32,000 nucleotides of DNA from Pseudodesulfovibrio mercurii (GCF_000189295.2 NC_016803.1:510001-542000), one strand, 5' to 3'; positions 9,082 to 18,018 are shown, counted from the stretch's first letter. The notes: generated from the letters alone by a model not told the origin. Program-made: numbers and translations.

Positions 9082-10301
9082 AGCTGGAAATCGAAGAAAG
9101 CCACCCGCTTGCCGACAGAATTCGTCCCGCCTCCCTGGACGACTTCGTGGGCCAGGGCCACATCCGCAACCGGATCGAGGCCTTTGCCCAGTCCAAGCGC
9201 ATGCCCAGTCTTCTGCTTTTCGGCCCGCCCGGCTGCGGCAAGTCCACCCTGGCCCTGCTCCTGGCCCAGTTGACCGGCAAGAAGTACCTGCGCGTCAGCG
9301 CGCCCGAGGCGGGCCTGACCGCCCTGCGCAAGATGCTGCCAGGCCAGGAAATCCTTATCCTCGACGAGCTGCACCGCTTCTCCAAGGCCCAGCAGGACTT
9401 CTTCCTGCCCATCCTGGAGAGCGGCGAGATCACCCTGCTGGCCACCACCACCGAGAACCCGTCCTTCAGCGTCACCCGCCAGCTCCTGTCCCGGCTGCAC
9501 GTGCTCAGGCTGCGCCAGCTCAGCCGCGAGGAACTGGTGGACGTGTCTCATCGCGGGGCCCGTGAACTGAACGTGGAGCTTGAGGAGGAGAGCCACAGGA
9601 TGCTCGCGGCCATGGCCGGAGGCGATGCGCGCACCCTTTTGAATTTGTTGGAGTACACCGCCGAGCTGCCCAAGGACAAGCGATGCCCGGAGTGCCTGCG
9701 CGAGTCCCTGCCCGAGATCGTGGTCCGGGGCGACCGCGACGGCGACTCGCACTACGAGCTGGTCTCGGCCATGATCAAGTCCATCCGGGGTTCGGACCCG
9801 GACGCGGCCCTGTACTACTTGGCCTGCCTGCTCGAAAGCGGCGAGGACCCGCGCTTCGTCACCCGGCGGCTGGTCATCTCGGCCTCGGAGGACGTGGGGC
9901 TCGGCGATCCCTTCGCCCTGAACCAGGCCATGGCCTGCCACCAGGCCGTGGAGGCCATCGGCATGCCCGAGGGGTTCATCCCCATGGCCCAGACCGCCGT
10001 GTATCTCGCCCTGGCGCCCAAGAGCAACGCCACCTACGCGGCCTACCGCACGGCCCAGAAGGAGGTCCGCGAGAACGGGCCCATGCCGGTGCCGCTGCAC
10101 CTGCGCAACGCCACCTCCTCCCTGCAACGGGAATGGGGCTACGGCCGGGGCTACCTCTACCCGCACAATTTCCCCCGCGGCTGGGCGGACCAGGACTACC
10201 TGCCGACCGAGTTGACGGGCCGCAAGTTTTACCACGCCAAGGACCAGGGCGAGGAGCCGAGGCTCAACGCCTGGCTGCGGCAGTTCAAGAAACAGCGTTG
10301 A
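9078..10301 (+). CDS. rarA: Replication-associated recombination protein A (AAA+ ATPase)
   Basis: Start trimmed to the ATG at 9078, overlapping the rsmE stop (ATGA). RPASLDDFVGQGH, Walker A GPPGCGKST, Walker B ILILDELHRF, and the MgsA C-terminal region HYELVSAMIKSIRGSDPDAALYYLA. Confidence 0.93.
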   Translation: MKLEIEESHPLADRIRPASLDDFVGQGHIRNRIEAFAQSKRMPSLLLFGPPGCGKSTLALLLAQLTGKKYLRVSAPEAGLTALRKMLPGQEILILDELHRFSKAQQDFFLPILESGEITLLATTTENPSFSVTRQLLSRLHVLRLRQLSREELVDVSHRGARELNVELEEESHRMLAAMAGGDARTLLNLLEYTAELPKDKRCPECLRESLPEIVVRGDRDGDSHYELVSAMIKSIRGSDPDAALYYLACLLESGEDPRFVTRRLVISASEDVGLGDPFALNQAMACHQAVEAIGMPEGFIPMAQTAVYLALAPKSNATYAAYRTAQKEVRENGPMPVPLHLRNATSSLQREWGYGRGYLYPHNFPRGWADQDYLPTELTGRKFYHAKDQGEEPRLNAWLRQFKKQR

Positions 10302-10312
10302 TTTCGTCAAGG

Positions 10313-10348
10313 AAAAGGCCCAGTTGTAAATGCAACCGGGTCTTTTTT
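10313..10348. terminator. Bidirectional terminator between convergent rarA and the CgeB-like gene
   Basis: GGCCCAGTTG (10317-10326) pairs imperfectly (8 of 10) with CAACCGGGTC (10333-10342). Flanked by AAAA on the left and T6 (10343-10348) on the right. Confidence 0.6.
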
Positions 10349-10368
10349 CATGGGACGCTTGAACTTTT

Positions 10369-11640
10369 TCAGGACTGCCTGCGGTACAGTTTCCGCCATT
10401 CGTCCAGGAACAGAACGGCCGTATCCAGGTCGTCCAGCCTGCCCCGCTGCTGCCGGACCGCCCAGACCAGGTCCTCGAAGGACACGTCCTCGGGCAGGCC
10501 GAGGCGGGCCAGGAGGGCGCGGATGTCCGCCTTCAGCGCCGCCGGGTAGTCCTCGGCAAAGATCGGGGATGCCGCGCGCGGCCTGGGCCAGCCCGGAATG
10601 CGCTGGGCGGTGAACTCGAGCAGGCAGCGCATGCGCCGCGCATAGGTGTGGTCCTTGAGGACCCTGGCCCGCGACCGCTCGGCCCAGACTTGGCGTTCCT
10701 CTGGGCGTGAGGAGAAATACTCTATTTTTTCGATGAGTTCGTCCATGGACTCGAAGATGGCCAGCTCGTCCTCGGCAAAGGCCTCGGCCATGAGGGTGCG
10801 GCGGTCCACCAGCTGGAACGCTCCGCAGGCGGCCAGTTCGAAGGTGCGCGGGTTGACGAAGTCGCCGAAGGTGACCAGCTCGTCGGCCTGGACCGAGGAA
10901 TGGAGGTTCAGGTTGATCTTGGTGCCGTTGAAAATTTTCACGCATTCCTCAGGAGTTACGCGCGCGCCCTTGAGCTGGAGCAGCGGTTCGAGGACGTGGT
11001 CGCCCTCCCACTCCGTGCCCCATATCTTGAAGTCGAGGTTGACCAGCTCGCGGAAGGCCCTGCGCCGGTTGGGATAGCCCGCGCCCATGAACGAGACCTC
11101 GGAGCCGAACTTGCGCCGCTCCACCGGGCTCAGGTCCACGGGCTTGTGGAAATCCGGCTGGGCGGCCAGGGGCAGATACAGGGCGTTCGGCTGGCCGATG
11201 GCCGCAAGATCCTCGAAGAAAGGCCCTTTCTGGATCACGGCAAAGACATCGTACAGGGGCGCGAACCCCTTCCAGTAGGTGAACAGGTCGTGGTCCTCCA
11301 CGAACCACATGGCCGTGGCCACCCCGTCGCGCCGCAGCCGCTTCAGGGCCTGCCGGGACAGCGGGGCCTGGGCCATGGCCAGGACCAGGTCCGGCTCGAA
11401 GGTCTCGACCTTGGCCAGGATGGACTGGCCGATCACGTTCAGGAAGGAATTCTGCAAATAGTCCAGGCGGTCCGTGGTCACCTTGAGGTCGCTCAGGGCG
11501 GTGTAGGCCGGGTAGAAGTCCGGGGCCTCGAAGACCTCGGTCAGGTGCCCCTCCTGTTGCAGGGCCGAGGCCACGTACCGGCCGATGGGCAGGGAGCCGC
11601 CGTAGAGCGGCAGGACGACGAGAATACGAAGCGTTTCCAT
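10369..11640 (-). CDS. CgeB-family / DUF3880-type glycosyltransferase-like protein
   Basis: 423 aa. N-terminal RILVVLPLYGGSLPIG and C-terminal NPRTFELAACGAFQLVD resemble the CgeB / Glyco_trans_1_2 architecture. Starts 4 nt after the upstream GT9 gene stop. Confidence 0.7.
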   Translation of the reverse strand: METLRILVVLPLYGGSLPIGRYVASALQQEGHLTEVFEAPDFYPAYTALSDLKVTTDRLDYLQNSFLNVIGQSILAKVETFEPDLVLAMAQAPLSRQALKRLRRDGVATAMWFVEDHDLFTYWKGFAPLYDVFAVIQKGPFFEDLAAIGQPNALYLPLAAQPDFHKPVDLSPVERRKFGSEVSFMGAGYPNRRRAFRELVNLDFKIWGTEWEGDHVLEPLLQLKGARVTPEECVKIFNGTKINLNLHSSVQADELVTFGDFVNPRTFELAACGAFQLVDRRTLMAEAFAEDELAIFESMDELIEKIEYFSSRPEERQVWAERSRARVLKDHTYARRMRCLLEFTAQRIPGWPRPRAASPIFAEDYPAALKADIRALLARLGLPEDVSFEDLVWAVRQQRGRLDDLDTAVLFLDEWRKLYRRQS

Positions 11641-11644
11641 GAGG

Positions 11645-12895
11645 TTATCCCTGTGCCCCGGAGGGCTTGTCAGCGGTCATCCAGTCTTTTTCCAGGTACA
11701 GCTGCCGGGCGAGGTCCTGTTCCAGGCGGTCGAAGCGCGGCTCGGCGCCGTGCAGGTGATGCAGGAGAAAGTTGCGCAGCACGATCCGTCGGTCCGCGTC
11801 CGGGTCGGTTCCGGCAAAGGGCGCGTAGGTCTGGCCCAGGCCGTCGAAGACCGAGTGCAGGGCCAGAAGGCCGTCCGGGGCGTGTTCGGCCTTGCCCGTG
11901 ACCAGGAAGCGCTGGAAGCCGGGGGCCGCGAACGCGTTCAGACATTTGACGTTCTCCCGGCAGGACGCGGTCTCCAGGCACGGCAGGCAGTCGGTCGCGG
12001 CTTGGTAGACCGTGTGCCCCAGGCCGTAGGGGCCGGTCTCGAAGGCCCAGGCCGAGGACAGAAAAAAGGCGGCCACGGGCGTGCCCAGGTGGGCGGCCAG
12101 GTGCATGGTCCCGGTATCCGGGGTGACGAGCAGGTCCAGGGAGCCGACGACCTCGGCAAGCCCCCGCCAGTCGGTCCGCCCGGCCAGGTTTTCGGTCACG
12201 GACTGGAGGTTGGCGGGCAGCTCCTTGAGCACGGCCTGCCCCGCCGCCCGCTCGGCCTGTCCGCCCAGGAGCTTGACGGACCGGGCCTTGCGCGCCCCGG
12301 CCAGGGTGGCCGCGATCCGCGCCAGCAGCGGCGCGGGCAGGGAGCGCCGGGACTCGCGTCCGGCCAGGACCACGCCGATTCCGCCGCCCTTGGGCGCGGC
12401 CTCGGGATTGACCCGCTCCGGCGGAAGCATGTCCGGGCAGTACGCGCCCCAGAAGTCCACCAGGTTCATGCCCAGACGGCGGAACCCGGACCAGCGCATG
12501 GCCATGGCGGGCCATCTGCCGGTGATCTCCTGGCCGTCGCGCCAGCCGTACCCCTCCACCCGGTCCGGGTCGAACAGTGCGGCCAGGCGGAAGTTCAGGC
12601 CGGAAAAATTGAGGTTGTACACGGTCTCGAAGTCCGTGGCCGCCAGCTCGGCGAAGACGCGCCGGTTGTCCACGAGCATGCGGAGCGCGGCCGTCTTGCC
12701 GTCGAGCCCCGTGGCGTGGGCCGTGACCGGGTGCAGGACCGCCTCGGGATGGACCAGCCGGGCCAGGGGGGCCAGGGAATGGTCCAGGCAGAGGTGGACC
12801 ACGCCGTCCGGACGGGCCGCGAGGGTCGCGATGAGCCGCTTGGTCTGGACGAGATCCCCGAACCGGGCGAGTTGTATGACGAGGTAATTCTTCAT
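11645..12895 (-). CDS. Glycosyltransferase family 9 (heptosyltransferase-like)
   Basis: 416 aa. N-terminal MKNYLVIQLARFGDLVQTKRLI is the GT9 hallmark (xLGD motif). LDLLVTPDTGTMHLAAHLGTPV matches the GT9 C-terminal donor-binding region. Confidence 0.85.
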   Translation of the reverse strand: MKNYLVIQLARFGDLVQTKRLIATLAARPDGVVHLCLDHSLAPLARLVHPEAVLHPVTAHATGLDGKTAALRMLVDNRRVFAELAATDFETVYNLNFSGLNFRLAALFDPDRVEGYGWRDGQEITGRWPAMAMRWSGFRRLGMNLVDFWGAYCPDMLPPERVNPEAAPKGGGIGVVLAGRESRRSLPAPLLARIAATLAGARKARSVKLLGGQAERAAGQAVLKELPANLQSVTENLAGRTDWRGLAEVVGSLDLLVTPDTGTMHLAAHLGTPVAAFFLSSAWAFETGPYGLGHTVYQAATDCLPCLETASCRENVKCLNAFAAPGFQRFLVTGKAEHAPDGLLALHSVFDGLGQTYAPFAGTDPDADRRIVLRNFLLHHLHGAEPRFDRLEQDLARQLYLEKDWMTADKPSGAQG

Positions 12896-12998
12896 GTTGT
12901 GTCGCGCGCGTCAAAATCCTAGCGTAATTCCAATGATTCTTGCAAGAACCGGGCAATTTCCCATTTTACATGTTTGCGCGCATTGGTTATCAAGACCC

Positions 12999-13676
12999 AT
13001 GCGATATTACCCCATCTTCGTGAACCTGGAAAACAAGGGCTGCCTGGTGGTCGGCGCGGGCGAGGTCGGCAAGCGCAAGATCCAGTCCCTGGTCGATTCC
13101 GGGGCCGGTCGCGTGACCATCATCGACACCCGCGAGGCCGACCCGGAAATGGCCCCCATCCTGGACCTGCCCAACGTGGACTTCCACTGCCGGGAGTTCG
13201 CGGACGACGACCTGGACGGCAAGTTCCTGGTCATCGCCTGCACCTCGTCCGAAGCGGTCAACTGGCGCATCAGCAACCTGTGCCGCGACCGGGGCATTCT
13301 CTGCAACATCGTGGACCAGCCCGAGAAATGCAGCTTCATCGTGCCCGCCACGGTCAAGCGCGGGGACCTGACCGTGGCCATCTCCACGGCGGGCCGCAGC
13401 CCGGCCATGGCCAAGCGCATTCGCAAGGAATTGCAGGAGAGTTTCGGCGACGAATACGCCGGCCTCTTGACCTGCATGGGGCGCATCCGGCCGCTCATGC
13501 TCTCCCTGGGCCTGACCACCGGCGACAACACGGCGGTCTTCCGCACCCTGGTCAACTCCGCCCTGCTCGACGCCTTCAAGGCGCGCGACCTTGACTCGGC
13601 CACGGAAATTCTTAAAGAATCGTTGCCCGAACCGTTGCACGACAACATCCCGGAGTTGCTTGATGGGCTTGTTTGA
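12999..13676 (+). CDS. Precorrin-2 dehydrogenase / sirohydrochlorin ferrochelatase (siroheme synthase N-terminal domain type)
   Basis: Track ORF 12894..13676 trimmed to the ATG at 12999 (MRYYPIFVNLENKGCLVVGAGEVGKRKIQSL = Rossmann GxGxxG). LTVAISTAGRSPAMAKRIRKEL is typical of CysG-N/SirC/Met8. Confidence 0.85.
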   Translation: MRYYPIFVNLENKGCLVVGAGEVGKRKIQSLVDSGAGRVTIIDTREADPEMAPILDLPNVDFHCREFADDDLDGKFLVIACTSSEAVNWRISNLCRDRGILCNIVDQPEKCSFIVPATVKRGDLTVAISTAGRSPAMAKRIRKELQESFGDEYAGLLTCMGRIRPLMLSLGLTTGDNTAVFRTLVNSALLDAFKARDLDSATEILKESLPEPLHDNIPELLDGLV

Positions 13677-14475
13677 GACGCTTCATATCGTGATCATCGC
13701 GCTCTACGCGCTCGGCACCGTGCTGTTCCTGACCTCCGTGTTCACGGAGAACGACAGGCTCAAGCGCATCGCCATCTGGCTGGCCGTCCTGGGCTTCACC
13801 TTCAACACCGTGGACCTGGGGCTGACCCTGAGCCGTGATCCGGCGGCCCTGAGCGGGGGCACCTTCTATTTCAACATCATCGGCTGGTGCGCCCTGGCCC
13901 TGTATTTCTTCCTGTGGTGGCGGCTGCGCCTGGAATACCTGGCCATCACCGCCCTGCCCTTCGCCCTGCTGCTCTTCGTGGCCTCCCTGGCCCTGGGCGG
14001 CATCCGCGTGGTCATGCCCCCGCAGCTGACCGCCCTGTTCTTCGGCCTGCACATCGGCTCCCTGATCCTGACGCTCGGCGCGCTGATCATGGCCTTCGGC
14101 GCGGGCGTGGCCTTCCTCTATTACAACCGCAAGCTCAAGACCAAGGAAGGCCTCAAGGCCATGGGCCAGAGCATCCCGTCGCTGGACAAGTTCGACACCG
14201 TCAACCGCTGGGCCGTGCTCATCGGCTTCCCGCTCTACACCCTGGGACTCTTCTCCACCTTCAGCTGGTACCTGATCGCGCCCTTCAAGCCGTTCGCCTG
14301 GGACATCATGAAGATCGGCTCCCTGGCGGTCTGGTTCCTCTACGCCTTCCTCTTCCATCAGCGCGTGGTGCTCGGCTGGCGCGGACGCAAGCCCGCCATC
14401 CTGGCCATCTGGGTCTTCGCCGGGATGTGCATCTCCCTCATTCACCACACCATCACCTTCAGGGCCATGCCATGA
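13663..14475 (+). CDS. Cytochrome c assembly-family membrane protein (CcsA/HemX-like)
   Basis: Trimmed to the ATG at 13663, a 14-nt overlap with the upstream gene. Polytopic with about 8 hydrophobic segments; FAWDIMKIGSLAVWFLYAFLFH resembles the W-rich motif of HemX/CcsA. Confidence 0.8.
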   Translation: MGLFETLHIVIIALYALGTVLFLTSVFTENDRLKRIAIWLAVLGFTFNTVDLGLTLSRDPAALSGGTFYFNIIGWCALALYFFLWWRLRLEYLAITALPFALLLFVASLALGGIRVVMPPQLTALFFGLHIGSLILTLGALIMAFGAGVAFLYYNRKLKTKEGLKAMGQSIPSLDKFDTVNRWAVLIGFPLYTLGLFSTFSWYLIAPFKPFAWDIMKIGSLAVWFLYAFLFHQRVVLGWRGRKPAILAIWVFAGMCISLIHHTITFRAMP

Positions 14476-15842
14476 ATAAGCAGATAATCCTCATTGGCCT
14501 CAACCACCGCACCGCGGGTGTGGACGTGCGCGAGAAGTTCGCCCTGACCGATCTCGAGAATTTCGAGCAGGGGCTCATGGCCCACTGTCCGGTGCAGGAA
14601 TGTCTGGCCCTGTCCACCTGCAACCGCGTGGAGATCGTGGCCGTGGCCAGGAAGGTCCCCACGGCCGAGGCCATGGACGCCGTGGTCCAGTACTGGGCCG
14701 GGGCGTGCAACGGCTCCGCAGAGCTGCTCATGGAGAACATCTACGAGTACTCGGACCTGGAAGCGGTCCGGCACATCTTCAGCGTGGCCTCGTCGCTCGA
14801 TTCCATGGTCATGGGCGAGCCGCAGATTCTCGGCCAGCTCAAGGATGCCTACCGCTCCGCCGTGGACAAGGGCACGGCCAAGACCATCGTCAACCGGCTG
14901 CTGCACAAGTCCTTTTCCGTGGCCAAGCGCATCCGCACCGAAACGGCCATCGCCTCCAGCGCGGTGTCCATCAGCTATGCGGCCGTGGAGCTGGCGCGCA
15001 AGATATTCGGCGACCTCAAGCCCACCAAGGCCATGCTGGTCGGCGCGGGCGAGATGGCCGAACTGGCCGCCATGCACCTGCTGCGCAACGGCGTCAAGGA
15101 CATCATCATCGCCAACCGGACCCTGTCCAGGGCCAAGGACCTGGCCGAGAGTCTGGGCGGCGAGCCCATCCAGATCGAGGCCATGCCCGACCGGCTGCAC
15201 GAGGTGGACATCGTCATCTCCTCCACCGGCTCGCCCGTGGCCGTGATCCAGGCCAAGGACGTCAAGGCCGTGCTGCGCAAGCGCAAGAACAAGCCCATGT
15301 TCTTCATCGACATCGCCGTGCCGCGCGACATCGACCCGGACGTCAACACCCTGGACAACGTCTATCTCTACGACATCGACGACCTCAAGGAGGTCGTGGA
15401 CGAGAACATGGCCCAGCGCCAGGGCGAGGCCACCAAGGCCCGCGCCGTGGTGGACCTCGAGACCGCGACATTCGGCAACTGGCTCAATTCGTTGAGCCTC
15501 CAGCCGACCATCGTGGACCTGGTCGGCAAGGCCGAGGACGTGGCCCAGCGCGAACTGGCCAAGACCCTGCGCAAGATCGGCCCGGTGGACGAGCGGACCC
15601 GCGACGCCCTGGAGCGGCTGGCCCTGTCCATCGCCCACAAGTCCCTGCACGAGCCCATCTGTTTTCTCAAGCGCCGCACCCAGGAAGAAGGCTCGGCCGA
15701 ACGGTTCATCGACCTGGCCCGGCGCATGTTCAACCTGGACGACGAATCCGTGCCCGACAGCGCGCACCTGGACCGCAAGTCGGCCGTCTGTGCGCCCGAG
15801 GACATCGAGCAATACATCGAAATTTCGAAAAAGGAACAATAA
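14472..15842 (+). CDS. hemA: Glutamyl-tRNA reductase
   Basis: Trimmed to the ATG at 14472 (ATGA overlap with the upstream stop). MNKQIILIGLNHRTAGVDVREKF, active-site LSTCNRVE, NADPH site MLVGAGEMAELAA, and FFIDIAVPRDID. Confidence 0.95.
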   Translation: MNKQIILIGLNHRTAGVDVREKFALTDLENFEQGLMAHCPVQECLALSTCNRVEIVAVARKVPTAEAMDAVVQYWAGACNGSAELLMENIYEYSDLEAVRHIFSVASSLDSMVMGEPQILGQLKDAYRSAVDKGTAKTIVNRLLHKSFSVAKRIRTETAIASSAVSISYAAVELARKIFGDLKPTKAMLVGAGEMAELAAMHLLRNGVKDIIIANRTLSRAKDLAESLGGEPIQIEAMPDRLHEVDIVISSTGSPVAVIQAKDVKAVLRKRKNKPMFFIDIAVPRDIDPDVNTLDNVYLYDIDDLKEVVDENMAQRQGEATKARAVVDLETATFGNWLNSLSLQPTIVDLVGKAEDVAQRELAKTLRKIGPVDERTRDALERLALSIAHKSLHEPICFLKRRTQEEGSAERFIDLARRMFNLDDESVPDSAHLDRKSAVCAPEDIEQYIEISKKEQ

Positions 15843-16189
15843 TGCGTACCTATCTCGTGGACGACCTGACCGACCAGGACTTTCAGACCGTGATCAAGGC
15901 CTTTGACGAACTGGGTCTGCGCGGCTCCCTGGAGGGCATATACTACCTGCCCCTGCCCGAGGACCTGCTTCAGCCCGAGCAGAAGGCCCATCTGAACGAG
16001 TGCGGCCCCTACTTCATGGCCCTGGAGGCCGTGGATTTGCCCGACCGATGCAGTCTGCGCATGGAGCTGCTCGTCCGCGCGCGCAACAAGATCCGCTGTT
16101 CCTGCGTGACCTACGCCACCCCGCCCCAGCGCAAGCACATGATCGAATATCTTGACCAGTTCATCGAGGAGCTGGAAGTCTCGGTGTAG
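15842..16189 (+). CDS. Hypothetical 115-aa protein, coupled between hemA and tilS
   Basis: The ATG at 15842 shares one base with the hemA TAA (TAATG). The ORF ends 1 nt before the tilS ATG. Codon bias resembles its neighbours. No family recognised (MRTYLVDDLTDQDFQTVIKAFDELGL...). Confidence 0.6.
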   Translation: MRTYLVDDLTDQDFQTVIKAFDELGLRGSLEGIYYLPLPEDLLQPEQKAHLNECGPYFMALEAVDLPDRCSLRMELLVRARNKIRCSCVTYATPPQRKHMIEYLDQFIEELEVSV

Positions 16190-16190
16190 C

Positions 16191-17201
16191 ATGGCCGCCC
16201 TGCCCGCCGACATCCCGCCGACCCTCCAGGACCTCCTGCCCAAGTGGGCGCATTTCTGCCTCTACGCGGGCCGGTTCGTGGAGGAGGAGTTGGGCATCGA
16301 CCTGACCGGCCGCCGCGTCCTGGTGGGCCTGTCCGGCGGCGTGGACTCCACCGCCCTGCTCCTGGTCCTGCACTACCTCTCATCCCGCGCGGACTTCACC
16401 GTGGGGGCCGTCCATCTGGACCATCAATTGCGGCCGGAATCGGCGGATGACGCCACCTTTGCCCGCGCCTTGTGCGAACGGCTGGGCATCGACTGCGAAG
16501 TCGAGACCCGCGACGTGGCCCGGCTGGCCGAGGAACGCGGCGTGGGGCTCGAGGAGGCCGGGCGCGAGGCGCGCTACGCCCTCTATGCCGAGCTACGCGA
16601 ATCCGGCGGCTGGGATTTCATCGCCCTGGGCCACCAGTTGGACGACCTGAGCGAGGACGTGCTCATGCGCCTGATCCGGGGCACGGGCTGGCCCGGCCTG
16701 TCCGGCATGGCCGGTCACGACCCGGCGCGCGGCCTGATCCGCCCCCTGCTGCTCATCCCCAAGTCCACGCTCAAGGCCTTCGTGACCCACCTCGGCGTGC
16801 CCTGGCGCGAGGACGCGTCCAACGCGGACCCGGCCATGACCCGCAACCGCGTGCGCAACGAGATCCTGCCGCTCATCGAGAAGGAAAACCCGGCCTTCTG
16901 GCAGTCCGTGGCCCGGCTGTGGCGCCTGGGCCGCGTGGAGCAGGCGTTCTGGGCCGTCCTTGAGTCCGAGGCTTGTGAAATCCTGGATAATTCCCGGCTC
17001 GAATCCCTGCACAAGGCCCAGCGGCTGCACCTCTACAAGGCCTGCCTCGACCGTCTCGGTCCCGGCCAGGCCCTGGCCGACACCCTGTTCAAGCTCGACG
17101 AGGCCTGGCGGGATCGCCGGGTGGGCGCGGTCTTCCAGTTCCCCGGCGACAAGACCGCCTCCGTGGGTTCAGGGAACATGGTTTTCGCCTCCAAGCATTG
17201 A
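16191..17201 (+). CDS. tilS: tRNA(Ile)-lysidine synthetase
   Basis: Trimmed to the ATG at 16191. PP-loop VLVGLSGGVDSTALL, HLDHQLRPES, and IALGHQLDDLSEDVLMRLIRG. Confidence 0.9.
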   Translation: MAALPADIPPTLQDLLPKWAHFCLYAGRFVEEELGIDLTGRRVLVGLSGGVDSTALLLVLHYLSSRADFTVGAVHLDHQLRPESADDATFARALCERLGIDCEVETRDVARLAEERGVGLEEAGREARYALYAELRESGGWDFIALGHQLDDLSEDVLMRLIRGTGWPGLSGMAGHDPARGLIRPLLLIPKSTLKAFVTHLGVPWREDASNADPAMTRNRVRNEILPLIEKENPAFWQSVARLWRLGRVEQAFWAVLESEACEILDNSRLESLHKAQRLHLYKACLDRLGPGQALADTLFKLDEAWRDRRVGAVFQFPGDKTASVGSGNMVFASKH

Positions 17202-17224
17202 CTTCCGGGCCTCCCCGGTATAAT
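17198..17224 (+). promoter_or_regulatory. Sigma70-like promoter candidate for adk
   Basis: TTGACT (17198-17203), a 15-nt spacer, and a perfect TATAAT (17219-17224). The spacer is shorter than optimal, so this is tentative. Confidence 0.35.
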
Positions 17225-17296
17225 AGCATGTGATCTTTTGCACAATGTATCGGAATGGCCAGTCGGCATTTCGCTTTTTCATCATCAGGAGGATTT

Positions 17297-17962
17297 ATGA
17301 ATATTCTGATTTTCGGCCCCAACGGCTCCGGTAAAGGCACCCAGGGCGACATCGCCAAGGACAAGTACAAACTGGACCACATCGAGTCCGGCGCCATCTT
17401 CCGCAAGCACATCGGCGGCGGCACCGAGCTGGGCATGAAGGCCAAGGAGTACATCAACAAGGGCGAACTGGTTCCTGATGATATCACCATTCCCATGGTC
17501 CTGGACGTGCTGTCCAACTCCAAGAGCGGCTGGCTCCTGGACGGTTTCCCCCGCTCCCTGGTTCAGGGCGAGAAGCTCTGGGAAGCCCTGCAGAAGGACG
17601 GCGTGAAGCTCGACTACGTCATCGAGATCAAGCTGCCCCGCGAGATCGCCAAGGCCCGCATCATGGGTCGCCGCCTGTGCGCCAACAACCCGAACCATCC
17701 CAACAACGTCGGCATCCCGGCCATCGCCCCCGACGGCGACAAGTGCCGCGTCTGCGGCGGCGCCCTGTCCGCCCGCCAGGACGACCAGGACGAGGGCGCC
17801 ATCGACGTGCGCCACAACATCTACTACGATGACAAGACCGGCACCATGGCCGCCTGCAACTACTTCAAGAATCTCAAGGACGCCGACTTCAAGTACATCG
17901 AACTCGACGGCGAAAAGTCCATCAACGAGATCAAGGAATACCTCATCAGCCAGCTCGCCTAG
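17297..17962 (+). CDS. adk: Adenylate kinase with metal-binding LID
   Basis: Trimmed to the ATG at 17297, preceded by AGGAGG (17287-17292). P-loop GPNGSGKGTQG, and the LID motif C128-x5-H134-x15-C150-x2-C153. Confidence 0.95.
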   Translation: MNILIFGPNGSGKGTQGDIAKDKYKLDHIESGAIFRKHIGGGTELGMKAKEYINKGELVPDDITIPMVLDVLSNSKSGWLLDGFPRSLVQGEKLWEALQKDGVKLDYVIEIKLPREIAKARIMGRRLCANNPNHPNNVGIPAIAPDGDKCRVCGGALSARQDDQDEGAIDVRHNIYYDDKTGTMAACNYFKNLKDADFKYIELDGEKSINEIKEYLISQLA

Positions 17963-17981
17963 GCTTGGCTGTGACGCACTG

Positions 17982-18018
17982 AAAAAGCCCCTCCGGCCCT
18001 GCCGGAGGGGCTTTTTTT
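17982..18018. terminator. Bidirectional intrinsic terminator (adk / convergent secreted-protein gene)
   Basis: Perfect 10-bp stem GCCCCTCCGG (17987-17996) / CCGGAGGGGC (18002-18011). Flanked by A5 on the left and T7 on the right. Confidence 0.85.

Noticed and set aside
8847-10310. 487-aa - strand ORF
   Set aside because: It is antisense to rarA and the end of rsmE, which have unambiguous motifs. The ORF itself has no recognisable motifs.
11639-12956. 427-aa + strand ORF and a 428-aa alternative-frame - strand ORF over the GT9 gene
   Set aside because: Only the 11645..12895 - strand frame gives the GT9 N-terminal xLGD motif and C-terminal donor-site motif. The other two frames are Arg/Gly/Pro-rich.
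13887-14471. Upstream extensions of hemA (13887), of orf115 (14600) and of the amidotransferase (to 26051)
   Set aside because: These are out-of-frame read-throughs across the preceding real genes, with Arg/Pro/Gly-rich translation. In each case the conserved N-terminus begins at the internal ATG.
14442-15839. 465-aa - strand ORF, and the similar 13612..14448 ORF
   Set aside because: Both are antisense to hemA and the hemX-like gene, with shadow-ORF composition.
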